Shown piece by piece: positions 11,081 to 23,995 of a stretch of 64,000 nucleotides of DNA. A program made the translations under genes and the position numbers. Source of the DNA: Harriotta raleighana (Eukaryota); contig JBNZDD010013620.1 in assembly GCA_050575255.1 (NCBI GenBank), forward strand, positions 2,933,209 through 2,997,208, given 5' to 3'. Every line of letters starts with the position of its first letter. Within the stretch, counting starts at the first letter, position 1. Below the pieces are notes generated by a model. That model ran no database searches. It was given only the letters and a program-made list of their open reading frames with translations, and was not told the DNA's origin.

Positions 11081-13764
11081 TCTCCTTTCATTCATGAGCT
11101 GCATTAAAAAATGCTTTAATTACATTTGTGAGGTGAGTGCTTAGCTACAGGACTCCACAGATTCCAATGAAGTAAGGCTGACATCTTACTTATTTTTGTT
11201 GTTGTCTATCTTTGTCTACAAACTGTTAAAGTGGTTAGATATAGAACCAAGCACATAGTTGTTGATTTTCCTTTGCTTATAAATACATCTGATTACAGGA
11301 GGAAAAAAAGACTTTAATATGAAAGTGCCTGGCAGACTTAGTAACTGTGTCTTTTCCTGCATTAAATGTGCAACGCATTTGTAAGTGTTGACATTTAATG
11401 TAGACGACCCTAAAATAAAACTGTTGTAACATTTTGCTTTTAACATTTCTGGGATATGTAAACTTGCACTATTAAGACAGGTTTGTGATTGAATTCACAA
11501 TGGGGTCTTAAAATATTTTTGTGTTTATAATCTCTCGGGCAAAATTCGCTCCTAATTGATACCACTGTGTCCTGTGCTAAAATAACTTGAAATGCTATGT
11601 TAATTTCTGCTGTTGCTGGAGCACTGGTTTCTATAACACACTTTTTATTGGACACATTTTTAAAATAAAAAGAATTTTTTCGAGTGAAGAAAGAACCAGA
11701 AGTTTGTTTGTGAATATGGCCACTTCTGGCCCCTTTTCCCCTCAAATCTTACAGTAATAAACCCTTTTTTAGATTCTGGCAGCTGGCGAGTCTGTGGATT
11801 GACATGGCTAATTGGCTTTGGCATGTAAGCCCCAGGAAACCTCATCTATCACTTGAGGGCAGGAAGTTTGGCAGTAGCTGGGGGAAAAAACATGGACTAG
11901 CCCGTCTCTGGCTTTTGCATTGAGGCTGATGTGGTAGTTAACATGCCCGCAGACCCACACATTGTGCTATAGGAGAAACAAATGTTTTGTAAGGCCTTAT
12001 TGGCTTTCAGTACTTTTAAAACCAGAGTATCTATAAAGTATTTTAATTATATTGAAGCTGCAACGAGTTTAAACACTCCGATACTGGGACTGACATCTTT
12101 TTTGAGAATGGTGTTTTCCCCCCAAATGTTTTCTTTTTACAGCAAAGTTAAGAAAAGCCTAATTGAGTTCCAAAAGAATAGCGTTCAGGTTTTCTGAGTG
12201 GATTTCCTTTTGCAAGTGTAGCTGGTGGAACAAGCATTGTTCAGCAAGCTTGTAATCCTGAGTTGCTGTCTCAAACCTGGCAATGTGGTTGAAGATTATT
12301 TGATCAGTGTAGGTGTGTGTGTGTGTATACATATATATATAGAAAATATATGTATGATTTATGTAGTGCTGCTGGATTAAAAGAACATTGGGGTCTAATT
12401 AGATATTTTAATTATAATTTTACAAAGCTGGGTTTGTTGTATTATTTGTTGCATTAGGTTGGTAAGAATCTGGCAAACTGCTGGCTTTTGGGGATTTTGC
12501 TGATTTTTGAATTCATCATTTGGTGGTTGCGCTTGTGCAATCTGATATTCATAAACAGTACTGTAGTTTGTGAATATTAGACCCAGTGGTTCAAATAATG
12601 ACAAGTACAACACCAATTTGCACCTTTTTTACTACCTTTTATTTAGATCAATGTCTTGAAATTGAAGAGAGTTCCAGTTAATGGGGTCCTAATAGCTGAA
12701 GGCTTGCTCATACGAAGCAAGGAACAAATAGCAGACCCAATTTGGATGAGCAAAGAGATGAGCAAGAGAGTGGGGCAGACAGACCATGACACCGATGGCA
12801 AGCCAATCAATCCATTGGGAGCGAGACAGTCCATAATCTGAATTTGGTGTTTTCAAAATTAAATCATTGACACCACAGTTGATAGTTCAGTGTTTTAAAA
12901 GACATATAACCAAATCATAATCTTCTGTTTTTTTTATTATCTTACACATTTCCAGCCAATGTTCTGTGCTTTATTTTAAAGATTTGTTGAAAAGAAATAA
13001 AACATCCAGATAAAATGCAGGTTCTGAATTTAAACCAGTGGAATTATTTTTATAGCTTTTGCCTCATTGACAAGATAATAAGTAACTGATTTAGTACGCT
13101 CCTGGATTGTGACATAATATGCAGCTCTGTGTGCAGCTGCTTTGATAATGCAGCCTGGCTTCTGAAACAAGAACCATATTGATTTCAAACTTGTCTTCAA
13201 GTGCATAGGAGCTGCCATGTAATTTTAATGGCCTATTTAGCGTGACACAAAGTACCACCACGTTTTACTGCAGAATATTCAGCTGGAAGATGGAAATGTC
13301 TATTATGCAGTTTTAGGAAGCTAAAAGGACTGCTTTGTTCATCAAAATGTAGGTTTCTCAACCATTTGAGCTCACAATGGTCCTGTGACTGTTGATCAGT
13401 ATTTAGTGATAATAGCTTTAGATTTTAGACGTTTATTTCTTGCTTACTTATGACAAATAAGTTTAGTGTTGACTTTGAAAAAATAATGCAAGAGTTTGCC
13501 ACTGTTTGTTTCTGGTATCTATTTGGGTGAAAGTTGACATACACAATCTGTACCATTAATGTTACCGCTGCGTTGCCTTCAGACTAAAACTGGGATGCAG
13601 TCTCATTGGATTCTGGTTTCCCCTTTCACTGTTACGCATTATGGTGGATTGATGTGGTAGATCCGATTGGATTAAATTGGATTTAGTCTCCAAGCTAGAA
13701 GGAAACTTTTTTTTAATAAAAAATGTTTCTTTTCCTTTTTGTGCAAAAAATAATTTGGTTACTT

Positions 13765-13922
13765 CAATCTATGGCTGTTTGTGGTACATTGCTGTGTGCA
13801 ATTGGCTGCTGCGTTTCTCCTAACAAAATATAGTCAGTTCACTTTACAACATATACCTAAAGCGCTTTGATACATCTTGAAGATCTGATAAGTCGCTATA
13901 TCAAATGAAAGGATTATTATGA
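13765..13922 (+). mobile_element. SINE 3' half
   Basis: 'tgtttgtggtacattgctgtgtgcaattggctgctgcgtttc...atcaaatgaaaggattattat'. Confidence 0.8.
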
Positions 13923-14319
13923 TTGTTCAGTGTGTATTGTGTTGTATGGTATATTGTGTGACATTAATTTTCTTAATTGATTATTCATTTGAGAATTTGT
14001 AAACAATTTAATGTTTTAATACTCTGCATTAGAATAATGCAGGGATGGTTGACTCAACCACTACACAGCTCCCACTTACTTCCTCCTTTAACTCAATTTT
14101 CGCATCACAGTTTGATCTCCACAGTGGAACATGAACATTTTTCCTTGATTGTAAAATCAGCCTGTAACCCTTTGTATGTCAGTGAATGGAAAAAACTAAT
14201 AGACACAGTCAACGTTCCCAAAAAGCCAGGCAGGGACAAAATACTAGATTGTAGGTTTTAAGTTTATGAAAAATAGTTAGAATAAGAAAGATTAGAAAAT
14301 AATTGAATATTGATCATTG

Positions 14320-14800
14320 TATCCCGTACCAGGCTCTGTGACCCTATCACCCCCATTCTCACCCGACTCCACTGGCTTCCCATTACTCAGAGGATTCAAT
14401 TCAAGATCCTAGTCCTCACCTTCAAAGCCCTCCATGGCCTTGCCCCACCACCCCCTAACCTCTGTGACCTCCTGACCCCCAATCTCTGCTCCCTCTGCTC
14501 AGCAGGTTCCAGCCTGCTCCATGTCCTCCGCGCGCCACCATTGGCGGGTGAGCTTTCAGTCACTCTGCCCCATACCTTTGGAATTGTATCCCGCAGTCCC
14601 TTCACCTTGCCCCCTCCCTAGCCTCCTTCAAGTACTGCCTCAAGACTGTCCTCTTCGACTGTGCCATCGGTCACCCTCCCTTCTCTCCACCCTCCCGATC
14701 CTGACCCCGCTCGGGTCCAAAACAGTGACTATCCAGCGCATTGGGACATCCTCCCGACATGAAAGGTGCTGTACAAATACAATCTTCTTGTTTATTGTTG
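14320..14800 (+). mobile_element. L2 3' fragment
   Basis: PITPILTRLHWLPITQRIQFKILVLTFKALHGLAP plus tail 'gggacatcctcccgacatgaaaggtgctgtacaaatac'. Confidence 0.92.
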
Positions 14801-15359
14801 TATTTTATTGGAAGGCTTCAGCTAATGTTACAATAATTGGTTTGTTGGAAGACTTTTATTACTTTATTTATTTTTATTGTCTGTGCTTGAGTTGAAAATG
14901 TACCAAACTTTTTGTCAGGGTTTCTGAATCCCTGGGCAGTCTTTGGGTTACGATGTAAGTCACTGACCTGTGTATAGGGTAAAGTTCAAATGTACACATG
15001 TTGCAAAAGATTCCCAGGAACCTTTTTATTGCACAAGGCAGTCGTTGCATGTTAAACTTGTGCACACAAATTTTACCATGTGAAAAATGGGTTTCAAGTT
15101 ACAAGCTAAAATTGTGATAACTTGAACTGATTTTAATTCCTCGTTTTCATCAGTGCTGTCAAAATTTACATGTAATAATAATAATCCTTACATTTGATAT
15201 AGTGCTTTTCACGTCTCCTAGATGTCTCAAAGCGCTTCACAGAATATACTTTACAGAATATATACAGAAGGTTAAAAAAAAGTAAATGAACATAAGTATA
15301 TTCACACATGTAAAAGGCGATACTTGTTTTTTAAAGAAAAGTTAAGTATTGTTCCCAAA

Positions 15360-15645
15360 CCAAGGAATTCTGCACTGAGTTAGCGAATCTCAACTGGACG
15401 CGAGCACAATAGCTTAACTGTCCCCAGTTATGGGTTAACTGCCTAAGGTTGTGACTCCTTATCGCTCCAGTGAATTCTTGCTGGGAGTGAGTTTCTGGCT
15501 GACACTCCAGATGAGAACATGGGTGTGATGCTCTCCACTGCTGAATAGCTAAACGATGGCCGGTACTCAGTTTACTGTCAGGCTACTGTTACCTGTGAAA
15601 CTATAGTGTGATTCAATGCCTTCACAAAGTTAAAGGAAGAAAAAA
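15360..15645 (+). mobile_element. Old SINE-like repeat (second family)
   Basis: 'ctgagttagcgaatctca...ccagtgaattcttgctgg...gtgatgctctccac...gccttc...ggaagaaaaaa' recurs at 15920, 20755 (-) and 22500. Confidence 0.55.
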
Positions 15646-15919
15646 TAATTGTTCCAGTCGGAGATGCCCCAAACGCTTTTATTTTTTTTAAAAAAGTTTA
15701 AATGAGAAGCAAACATTTGAGTTCTTCATTAGCAGAGCTCTCAGCCTTGTAAACCACAGAGAGATTTAGATTAGAGTTCTGAATGCAGTCTGCCAGCTCT
15801 GAATCACATTTCTGCACGCAAATTGGTGCTTACAGCATAATTAGACACTGCAAATAACTGTGTGCCTGGTCTCTTGTGTGTGCAGTTTCTTGCTTTAGAA
15901 TGTGCTCCACGGAATAAAC

Positions 15920-16285
15920 AGGATTAATTCCATAATCCCAAAGGCTGGACAGAGCCAAGTTCTCATTGACCTAGTTCTGTAACAAATGCTGTATCAGTTG
16001 ATCTCAGTCAGCATTGTGATGAGGTATTATAGTTTATCAGTTTCTAGGCCAGAAGGGGTTAATATTAGCCAAGAATCTTCCTTGTGAACATCGTTCAGTG
16101 ACCTCCACTGGAAACACAGATGTGGGGATAATTGATGAGTGTCGTATTGGGATAGTCTCTGGTGTTTCCCACTGTTGAACCTCCCAGTCTACTGTTTGGA
16201 CAAAGTATTGGAGAGCTGTTGGGACCCATGGAACTGTATGCCCACAAGTTACCACCTTTACGTGACAAGGTGGAGGGGGGATTGA
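15920..16285 (+). mobile_element. Old SINE-like repeat (second family)
   Basis: 'cagttgatctcagtcagc...ttcagtgacctccactggaaa...cccatggaactgta' is collinear with 15360-15645. Confidence 0.5.
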
Positions 16286-16916
16286 AACCGATTTTTAAAA
16301 CATCTGATCGTTCATCTATAACAGATTGGTAAATAAATGGTAGACTGCAACCTTGCACACATATGCAATTATAATGTTTTTTCAAATGTAGTTGCCTCAA
16401 GTTCGGTTCGGCAACATGTTCTGCATACTGAGATATTGCCATATTGATATATAGTGCTGTACTATACTGAATTCAAAGTACTGCACTTTGGTTCGAAATA
16501 AGTTTTCATTTTGTGTTTTTTGTTTGCACCATAAATCACTGATTTAATGTTAAGCAGTTGAAAGATTTACATGTTTTTATCTGAAATTGGTGTAATTCCT
16601 GATTAATGCAAATCCCGGTGAAAAGAATACAATCTCTTGGCGAATGAATTGGCCATTTATCACCATCCTGCAGTGTGAACAAATAGATGGGAGCTGTACC
16701 CGCAACATGCAGTAAATCAGATTTCAGCACACCTTGGGAAGTTGAGACTTTGAAAGCTGGTTGATTCTACTCATTCCACTTTTGCCATCAAGGTGCAAAA
16801 AGCCACATTCCATTTAGGTTTGGGAATATTTTTAAAAATCTAGATAACATCATTGATCTGCATACTGCAGAGTTGGTTTTAATGGAATTAATTTATAATC
16901 CACAGTAAATAAATTA

Positions 16917-17340
16917 GGTGTCAGCCTGGCTCAGTTGGTGGCGCTTTCAACTCTTGAGTCCGAACATTGTGGGTTCAGGAGCCACTTTGGGACTTGAAGG
17001 TCATCGTCTGGGCAAGCTCATAGTCTTCTTCATTCATAGAGTATCACGGCTCTGTAGCTACTGAAAACAAGGTATTGATTTAGTACAGAGTAGCTTAGAC
17101 TGGTACAGATGTATGATGGACAATTTCTTGACATTCCAAAAGTAGCCTATGGGCTACTGTGTTACACTGGTGAATACAGTGGAAATGAAGAAAAATCCCC
17201 AAAAGAAAAATGGATTTGGTTGGCCATCACACATTAAACTGAAGAACTGTCTGCTTGTTCAGGTAGACATGAACAATTCTGCAGCATTATTCGAAAAAAA
17301 AAAGCATCAAATACAAGGATTATTTTGATAAATACTGACC
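16917..17340 (+). mobile_element. DeuSINE (SacSINE1-like) fragments
   Basis: tRNA head 'gtcagcctggctcagttggtggcgct...ctcttgagtccgaacattgtgggttca' and Deu core 'ttaaactgaagaactgtctgcttgttcaggtagac'. Confidence 0.65.
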
Positions 17341-17544
17341 ACAGTTTTTACTTCACCTCTGGATGTTAATTGCCCCATCTTTTAGCTCTTTAAATTTTTA
17401 CACATGCCAAGTGAGCATTTGCTATTTTGTGCAAGTGGCCATCATGAACTTGAAACTGAGTACAGTATTGTCTGTGGACTGGATTACAGTTAGTTATCAT
17501 GAACTGACATCAATACATTTCCACTTCCAATAAGGGGGTCACTG

Positions 17545-18200
17545 ATTAGGAACAAGAGGAGGCCATTCAGCCTATTGCCTACCATCAGTTTTAGATCTTG
17601 ACAAAGATTTTAATTCTAGTGCTCTGTCCTTTCACCACACCAGTATTACCCAAGTATCTGTCTACTTGTCTTTTAAATAACCCTATTGATGGCAAATCTC
17701 CCAAAGTTCGGAACAGCTGCTTGTAGTTCCCGGTGTGGCCTCTCTGTCACCCGGCGCTGTGGGTGGAGCTCGAGCAGTTTTTGCCCTTCAGTGCTGTGTT
17801 TACAGCACACATGGGCTTCCCTAACTATTTCTAGAGTAGGTTCTAAATACCAGCAAACTCCGAAATCCGGGAGGTGAGGGGACCAACGGTGCTGGTTTTA
17901 CTGTGTATCTTTCCTAAAAGTGGAAATTGAGCGCATTAATCCAAATGAGATATGACCAGCACTTTCTTACTTTTATATTCCATACCTCTGATAATAAACG
18001 CTAGCATTCCATTTACCTTATTAATCTTTTTCTGCAACTGTGATTTTATTTCACTTATTATCTGTGTACTTAAGCCCCAAGATCAATCTGCTCATCTTCC
18101 CCTCCGCGTGTTTCCCCATTTTGAACATACTGTACTCCCGATTTCTGTAGTTCTGTTCACTCGCTTAATCTGTTCATGGCAATTTATAATTTTTGTCTGG
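17545..18200 (-). mobile_element. CR1 fragments with a GC-richer insert (about 17690-17903, possibly a MITE remnant)
   Basis: 'ttaggaacaagaggaggccattcagcc' CR1 3' end and 'ccaaatgagatatgaccagcac' (VLVISHL); the insert ends 'ggttttactg' like the MITE TIR. Confidence 0.55.
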
Positions 18201-18779
18201 TCAGCAATCTAGAAGGAGAAACTTGTTTTTAATTATTCCCTCCCGCTGACAGGAAGCCGAAGATGAGTGCTGCGCCCTTCACACCAGACCTAAGTCAGTG
18301 CAGACCGATAATCAAACTGGGATCTTTCTGGTCTGTTATGATTAGCTGCTGCCTGATTAAACTTTCTTAGTTTCATTAAAAAAAGTTTTATTTGCATAAG
18401 GGTTTTCTGGAAATACCTGCTATGGGACATTGTGTTTACTTGTATACGCTGTTCTTAAGTGGTAAGAGAAGTTGGTTATATTTTCAGTGGTTATGCTGGT
18501 TATGCTGCATGGGGTAAGAACTTGAGATGTCAGTTTGTGCCCCTGACCTGCATACCAGCAAGTTGTTTTTGGTGGTGAGTTACAGGGAGATTCACAGTTG
18601 TGTATTTCTAAATGTTTTTGTTGGAGCCATTCAAAGCTGCTTCTTAGGGATGTTTAGATTTTGTGTCATGCTAATGAGCTTTGATAAGGAGATCCAGTTT
18701 CACGAACCAGTGAATCAGACTGATAATTTGCCATAGTTATTGTCTGCTACTTGATAATTATGTTGGAACATGTTTTGTC

Positions 18780-19025
18780 CAATTGTAAATCAGGAAATGA
18801 AAGAGGGAAATTGGGCATAACACCTTAATCAAAAGCTAAAAGAGACTTGTCTAACAAGTTTTCAGAATGGGCCTTTATAAAGACATAAGATAAAGGGGCA
18901 TTTAAGAGACAACCAGTTGAATATCCGGAATGGTAATAGATTGAGGGGTGAGAAGGTATTGGATTTTAAAATAAAGGAAATGGATTTAATGGATTTATTG
19001 GTCTTTTTGCTGTTCCTAATTTAGT
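18780..19025 (+). mobile_element. CR1 3' end
   Basis: 'gggcatttaagagacaacc...aatggatttattggtctttttgctgttcctaattt' resembles a CR1 3' UTR. Confidence 0.5.
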
Positions 19026-19264
19026 TTTAATTTTATTATGAATGATCCTATCCACACTGTCTCTTTGTTTAAAATTGCAGTACTGATAAGTGAATAATCT
19101 GGAAAGATTTAGTTAAAACCAGATTCAAACAGTTCCATACAATTACTTTTATTTTCTATGTTGATAGCTCAGTTTAACTATATATCCACAAATAACAAAT
19201 TGCTGAATGAGGAAACAATTTGTTGAGTAAAAGTTAAGTTAACTAATTGAATCTTCTCCCCTCA

Positions 19265-19420
19265 AATACAACAACAACAACAACAACAAAATTACACTTA
19301 TAGAGCGCGTTTCACGTCAGGAGGACGTCCCAAGGCGCTGGACAGATTGGTTCAGGACCCGAGCAAGGGAAAATGTTCAGGGCGAGGGGGGGGAAGGGTG
19401 GGAGCAAGGAGGGGGTAAAG
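19265..19420 (-). mobile_element. Young L2 3' tail
   Basis: (CAA)7 then 'aattacacttatagagcgcgtttcacgtcaggaggacgtcccaaggcgct'. Confidence 0.85.
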
Positions 19421-19455
19421 ACTCAAATAGCTCTTTGAGTCCTGCAATTTCTACT

Positions 19456-19650
19456 TCCTCCTTTTTATGCATTTGTTTAAATTTTTAGAATAGTTTTAAT
19501 TATTAATCTGAAAAAAACTGAGTTTATCAGAAATTATTGTAATTTTTTTTNTCCTCCTTTTTATGCATTTGTTTAAATTTTTAGAATAGTTTTAATTATT
19601 AATCTGAAAAAAACTATGAAAGTTTATCAGAAATTATTGTAATTTTTTTT
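19456..19650. repeat. Direct duplication around a single N (probable assembly artifact)
   Basis: 19456-19550 and 19552-19650 differ only by a small indel; N at 19551. Confidence 0.85.
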
Positions 19651-20754
19651 AGCTTTTTCAATGTTTTTGCAAAATAGCTTTTTCAATGCTATTTCTAGGG
19701 TGAGGTCAACTTCCTGAGCTGAATGAATCAATATGGAATTGGTCTTTTGGCTCATCAAGTTGATGCTTCTGTTTCCTCCTCCCCTATGAGCCAGTTGAAT
19801 ACCGTTCTCCTGTTCACTCCCCTTAATCTTAAGTATTCCTCCTTTTCAATCGCCTTTACAATTCCTTTGAAATGAATCTATGAACTTTGCTGCATCTCAG
19901 TTGGCAAACAATTCTAAATTCCATCTACCCTCTTTGTGAATTCATACTTTCTTTTATCCGACTACCCCTTTAATTCTTTTGGCATAATCTTCATGACACT
20001 ATAGTTAGAATTTGTTGTAAAGTTTAGTAGCTGTATGTTGTGATTATTATGGGTTAGTCTATTCCATTTCAAAATTTAAATTGTGAAATCAATCAGTTGA
20101 AATTGAAATTACTTACATCGTAATTACTGCAATTACTGCACTGTGAACACTATAACAATGCTCCCTAACATCTGATACAACAGCCATGTAGGATATTGAT
20201 ATTGTGGGAAGAAATATGAAAATTTGTCAATGAATAAATTCTTTTTTGAAAAATCAGTTTGTTTTGAGTGGATCTGAAAAGTCAAATGGTTCCTTCCAAT
20301 TAAGGTTACAATGATTGCTTGGGCACGAGCAAGCGTATCCACAGGTTGATCATCAGCCTCCCACCGCCCATCCGTCCCGTCTACTCCAAATTAAGTTCTG
20401 TAATGGTTTACATCTTCTGTGTTTTGGGCTGGAATGTTCTTTTAAGATCTTCTCTGGAATGAAATTCTACGACATTCAAGAGGGAAAAAAAAACTTGATT
20501 TGATGAGTACAGTATTTTAAAAATTCTTTCATCAGAAATAAAATTTGATACAGAAAAATTATAGAATCAACAACAAATAACATTTGTATAGCACTTTTCA
20601 TGTCAGGTAGACATCCCAAGGCTCTGGATAGTCAGGGATCAATTTACAGTATTTCGATTTAAAGTTAGCAGAATCTCCCTAAGAGGCTCAGAAGAATTCC
20701 AGTGTTGTGTAATAGCTACCGTACAACATAAATATATTAAATTTATTTTATAAT

Positions 20755-21310
20755 TCTCGTCTCCTTACTGAATATGTTTGACTTATTTTCCATTTACTGG
20801 GTTGTGGATCACCCTCTGATACCTTGTCCAGGTGGCTATTGTTGGCGTGGGTTTTGATGGTGTTGACAAACTATTATAGCATGGGATAGATCAAAGCTGA
20901 GCCCAATCTTCTTGTTATTTGGGATTCACATATTCGTATCTTCTAGCCGAGGTTACCAGATACTGTAGCTCAGTCCTCTCACAAGCGAAAAACCTGGATT
21001 TGATTCCCGGTCGGGCAAAACCATGGGCAAGTTTCCTCACTCCACATGCCTGATAATAATTCCTCACTAAAAATAACAATAATACATTTGTCATTTCAAT
21101 CTATGACATTGCTGTGCATAATTGGCTGCCGTTTTTCGCCCACAATACAGTCAATGCACTTTACAATATACACTTTACAAAGCGCTGTATCAAATGCAAG
21201 AATTATTATAATAGATAGCAGTGAGGAGGGGGGAAATCTTTTTTTTTTGCCTTCCTTAACCAAAGGGCACTGAGGCTCATTGTAGCCACCAACCTGTTGA
21301 GGACAACTAG
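20755..21310 (-). mobile_element. Old SINE-like repeat split by a younger SINE
   Basis: '...ggttaccagata' resumes as 'agatagcagtgaggag...gggcactgaggctcattgtagc'. Confidence 0.6.
20963..21212 (+). mobile_element. tRNA-derived SINE with 5-bp TSD (AGATA)
   Basis: Head 'ctgtagctcagt...gattcccggtc', tail 'atcaaatgcaagaattattat'; AGATA at 20958-62 and 21213-17. Confidence 0.85.
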
Positions 21311-22499
21311 ATTATAATAGCAGCAGATTGCCTCTTCATAACAGATTCACAGCCAGGAGTTTTCATTTATGCTAGAACTCTGCTGGTATGACTTTTGGTG
21401 GTTGTGGGTTCAGGGGAATCCATGCCAGCTTTGCCACCAGCAGCAAGACGAAGAGATGGTCATGTATTGAGTTTTGTAAGAATTGCTGAAATGCAGGAAT
21501 TCATTTTAAAGTATGCTTACATAGGAATGGAGTGCATAAGGTGAAATTAGAATTTGATCATTTTTTTTTGGTGGTATTCAGAGAAAGCTTCTGTAAACGT
21601 GGTAGTCAGGAGACCCATTTTCTTCAAATTTGTAGTCAAGACATTGTAAGTTTAGTGAATTATTCTTCATTGTAATTTGGAACCTTTAAAGAACGTTTCT
21701 CAGGGCCTTTCTCTAATTAAAGGGTCACGGTGTCATCAATCATTGCATCATTAGTGGAATTTAATGGCCTAGATTGCTCTTGGACAGTGAATAATATAAT
21801 ACCTAGAGGCATCCTGCATTCCTATCCCTAAATATTCTTAATCATATTTATGTTGCAAACCTTCCTGCAATTTAGAAAATTGTTTAATAGCAAAATGCAT
21901 CAAATAATTCCTCATAGGGTTTCTCGTCTGTTAATCAGTTGAAATGTCAACGTTCTTTGGCAGTGTTGGTGTTGACTAAAGTTTTTTGGCCTTAGAGTAT
22001 TTTTCTTAAATGGTGAACAATAGAGCATAGTGAATCAATTTAGTAGACTGAAAAAAATACTCTTCTGGCTCAAATCCAGGAAAGTTTGTACGTTCAGCCT
22101 GACAGTTATTTGTTAGTGATCACTACTTTGCCAGGCACATTTCTCAAACCCTTTATCACTTAACAGTGAAATTCCTCATGTCAGTCAGTTACTCTGCATT
22201 TTATCTGGAACTTGATAAATCTAAATTCCTTTTAACACACCCATTCTAAGTTGGAAGAAAGATGAGATAAGCACAGAATGAAAAGTTAAATTGTCAGTTT
22301 GTAAAGACAAATGAGAAGAAAATATTTGTACATCCTTTGACAACTTCTTGCCTGTAACCTTTATGTTAAAAAAAAGTTTTAACCATGTTGAATTGCACTT
22401 ATTTCTGTTTGAAATTTATTTGTTTTGGGTAACTTCTTAACTTCTTTCGACATAAATTCTTATTTTGTTTAGAGGTTTCTCTACGGTCGATAATGATTG

Positions 22500-22775
22500 A
22501 TATACAGGGTGACCCAATTGTAATTTGGTATTTCGGGTCCATAAAACTAGACCATGTTATAACAGGTCTGCAAATATACAATGACCAATATCCAGGTTGT
22601 CGTACAGTATTGTTCCATATATAATTTTGGGCTATCTGCAATCTGGCTTCCTGCGTATGTGTGCCAGTTACAACTCATTGTCTTGGTTCATACATGATAA
22701 ATGGTCACTTTGGTGAGGTATTCCACCTGCCATACCTCATGAGAGTCAGCACCTTTAGGAAAGAAGGGGAAAAAA
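22500..22775 (+). mobile_element. Old SINE-like repeat (second family), 3' part
   Basis: 'catacatgataaatggtcactttggtgaggta...gagtcagcacctttaggaaagaaggggaaaaaa'. Confidence 0.55.
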
Positions 22776-23258
22776 GTCACTAAAATGCTTATGTTGTTCT
22801 TATAAAGTGCCCCAAATATGCCATTTTAATAAGAGCAAATGCAAAAGCAAGTACAGGCTTTGTTTATCCCAGATGCTTGCTATTTAAAGCTAAATGTAGA
22901 TTTATGACATGGAAGTGAGAGGAAGTTATATCTTTCAGCAATTTATTTTAAGGGGATAAAATTTGAAATCTTTAAGCACTTATGATTTGCTTCACTTGTA
23001 TTTTTTCCAGGGCATAATCCAAATTAAAATAGGCCTTAGTAACTGAGAATCAACACCAGAGTTAAAACTCTGCTTATTTGTGTTTGTTTGTGATGTGGAC
23101 AGTTGCTGACATGTAATTATTAACACGGAAGTGTTATTCTGTTGTTTATAGAAATCAGGCTATTTGTTTCCAGTCTTGTGAATGTTGAAAGGCATGTAGA
23201 TGATTCAGTAACCTTTAACCCATTTGATTGTTACAAGAATTGGATATAGAGTATTTCT

Positions 23259-23995
23259 GGAGTCCTGTAGCTCAGTGGTTAAAGGCCTGTAGCTCGTCTG
23301 GCAAAGGAGAGACCTGGGTTCCATTCCCGCCAGTGTGAAACCTTTGGCAAGTTTCCTTTCAGACAATTCACATAGCCCGTGCTTTTAACTTCTGGGCAGG
23401 TGGTGGGGATAAGGAATACTGAGAGTCAGTTGCAGTCATAGAGTGAAGTGCTTAGAGTTGCCTCAATAACCTGAAAAGCTGCTATATCAAAAGCAATCAT
23501 TATATATTATAAACAATAATAATTTGGTCATTTCAATCCATGACTGTTTGTGGGACACTGCTGTGCGCAATTGCTGCCACGTTTCACCCACATATATACA
23601 GTCAATTCACTTTACAGTATATTCCGTGAAACGCTTTAGAAAACGTGAAAAGCGTTCTATCAAATGCAAGGATTATTATTATTGTTACTGCTCTTGTCCC
23701 TACTTTGGGATGTTGTTGTAATCTGTAAAGAGCTTTGGGACCTCGATAAGATGTGGAAAGCGCTATATAAATCTAAGGATTATTATAATATTATTATTCC
23801 ACATGTCTGATAATAATCGCTCAAGAAAAAAGTAATAAAAATTTGATCACTCAATCCACAATTGTTTGTGGGACACTGCTGTGCACAATTGGCTGCCATA
23901 TTTTGCATTCATTTTACAATTTATTCTGTGAAGCACTTTGAGATGTCTAGAAGACATAAAAAGTGCTACATTAAAATGCAAGAATTATTACTATT
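23259..23995 (+). mobile_element. tRNA SINE with nested SINE/L2 tails
   Basis: Head at 23259-23360; the body resumes at about 23797 'tccacatgtctgataataat'; three tails lie in between. Confidence 0.8.

Noticed and set aside
16037-16442. ORFs of 72 and 115 aa
   Set aside because: Largely antisense to an old SINE-like repeat; no protein motif
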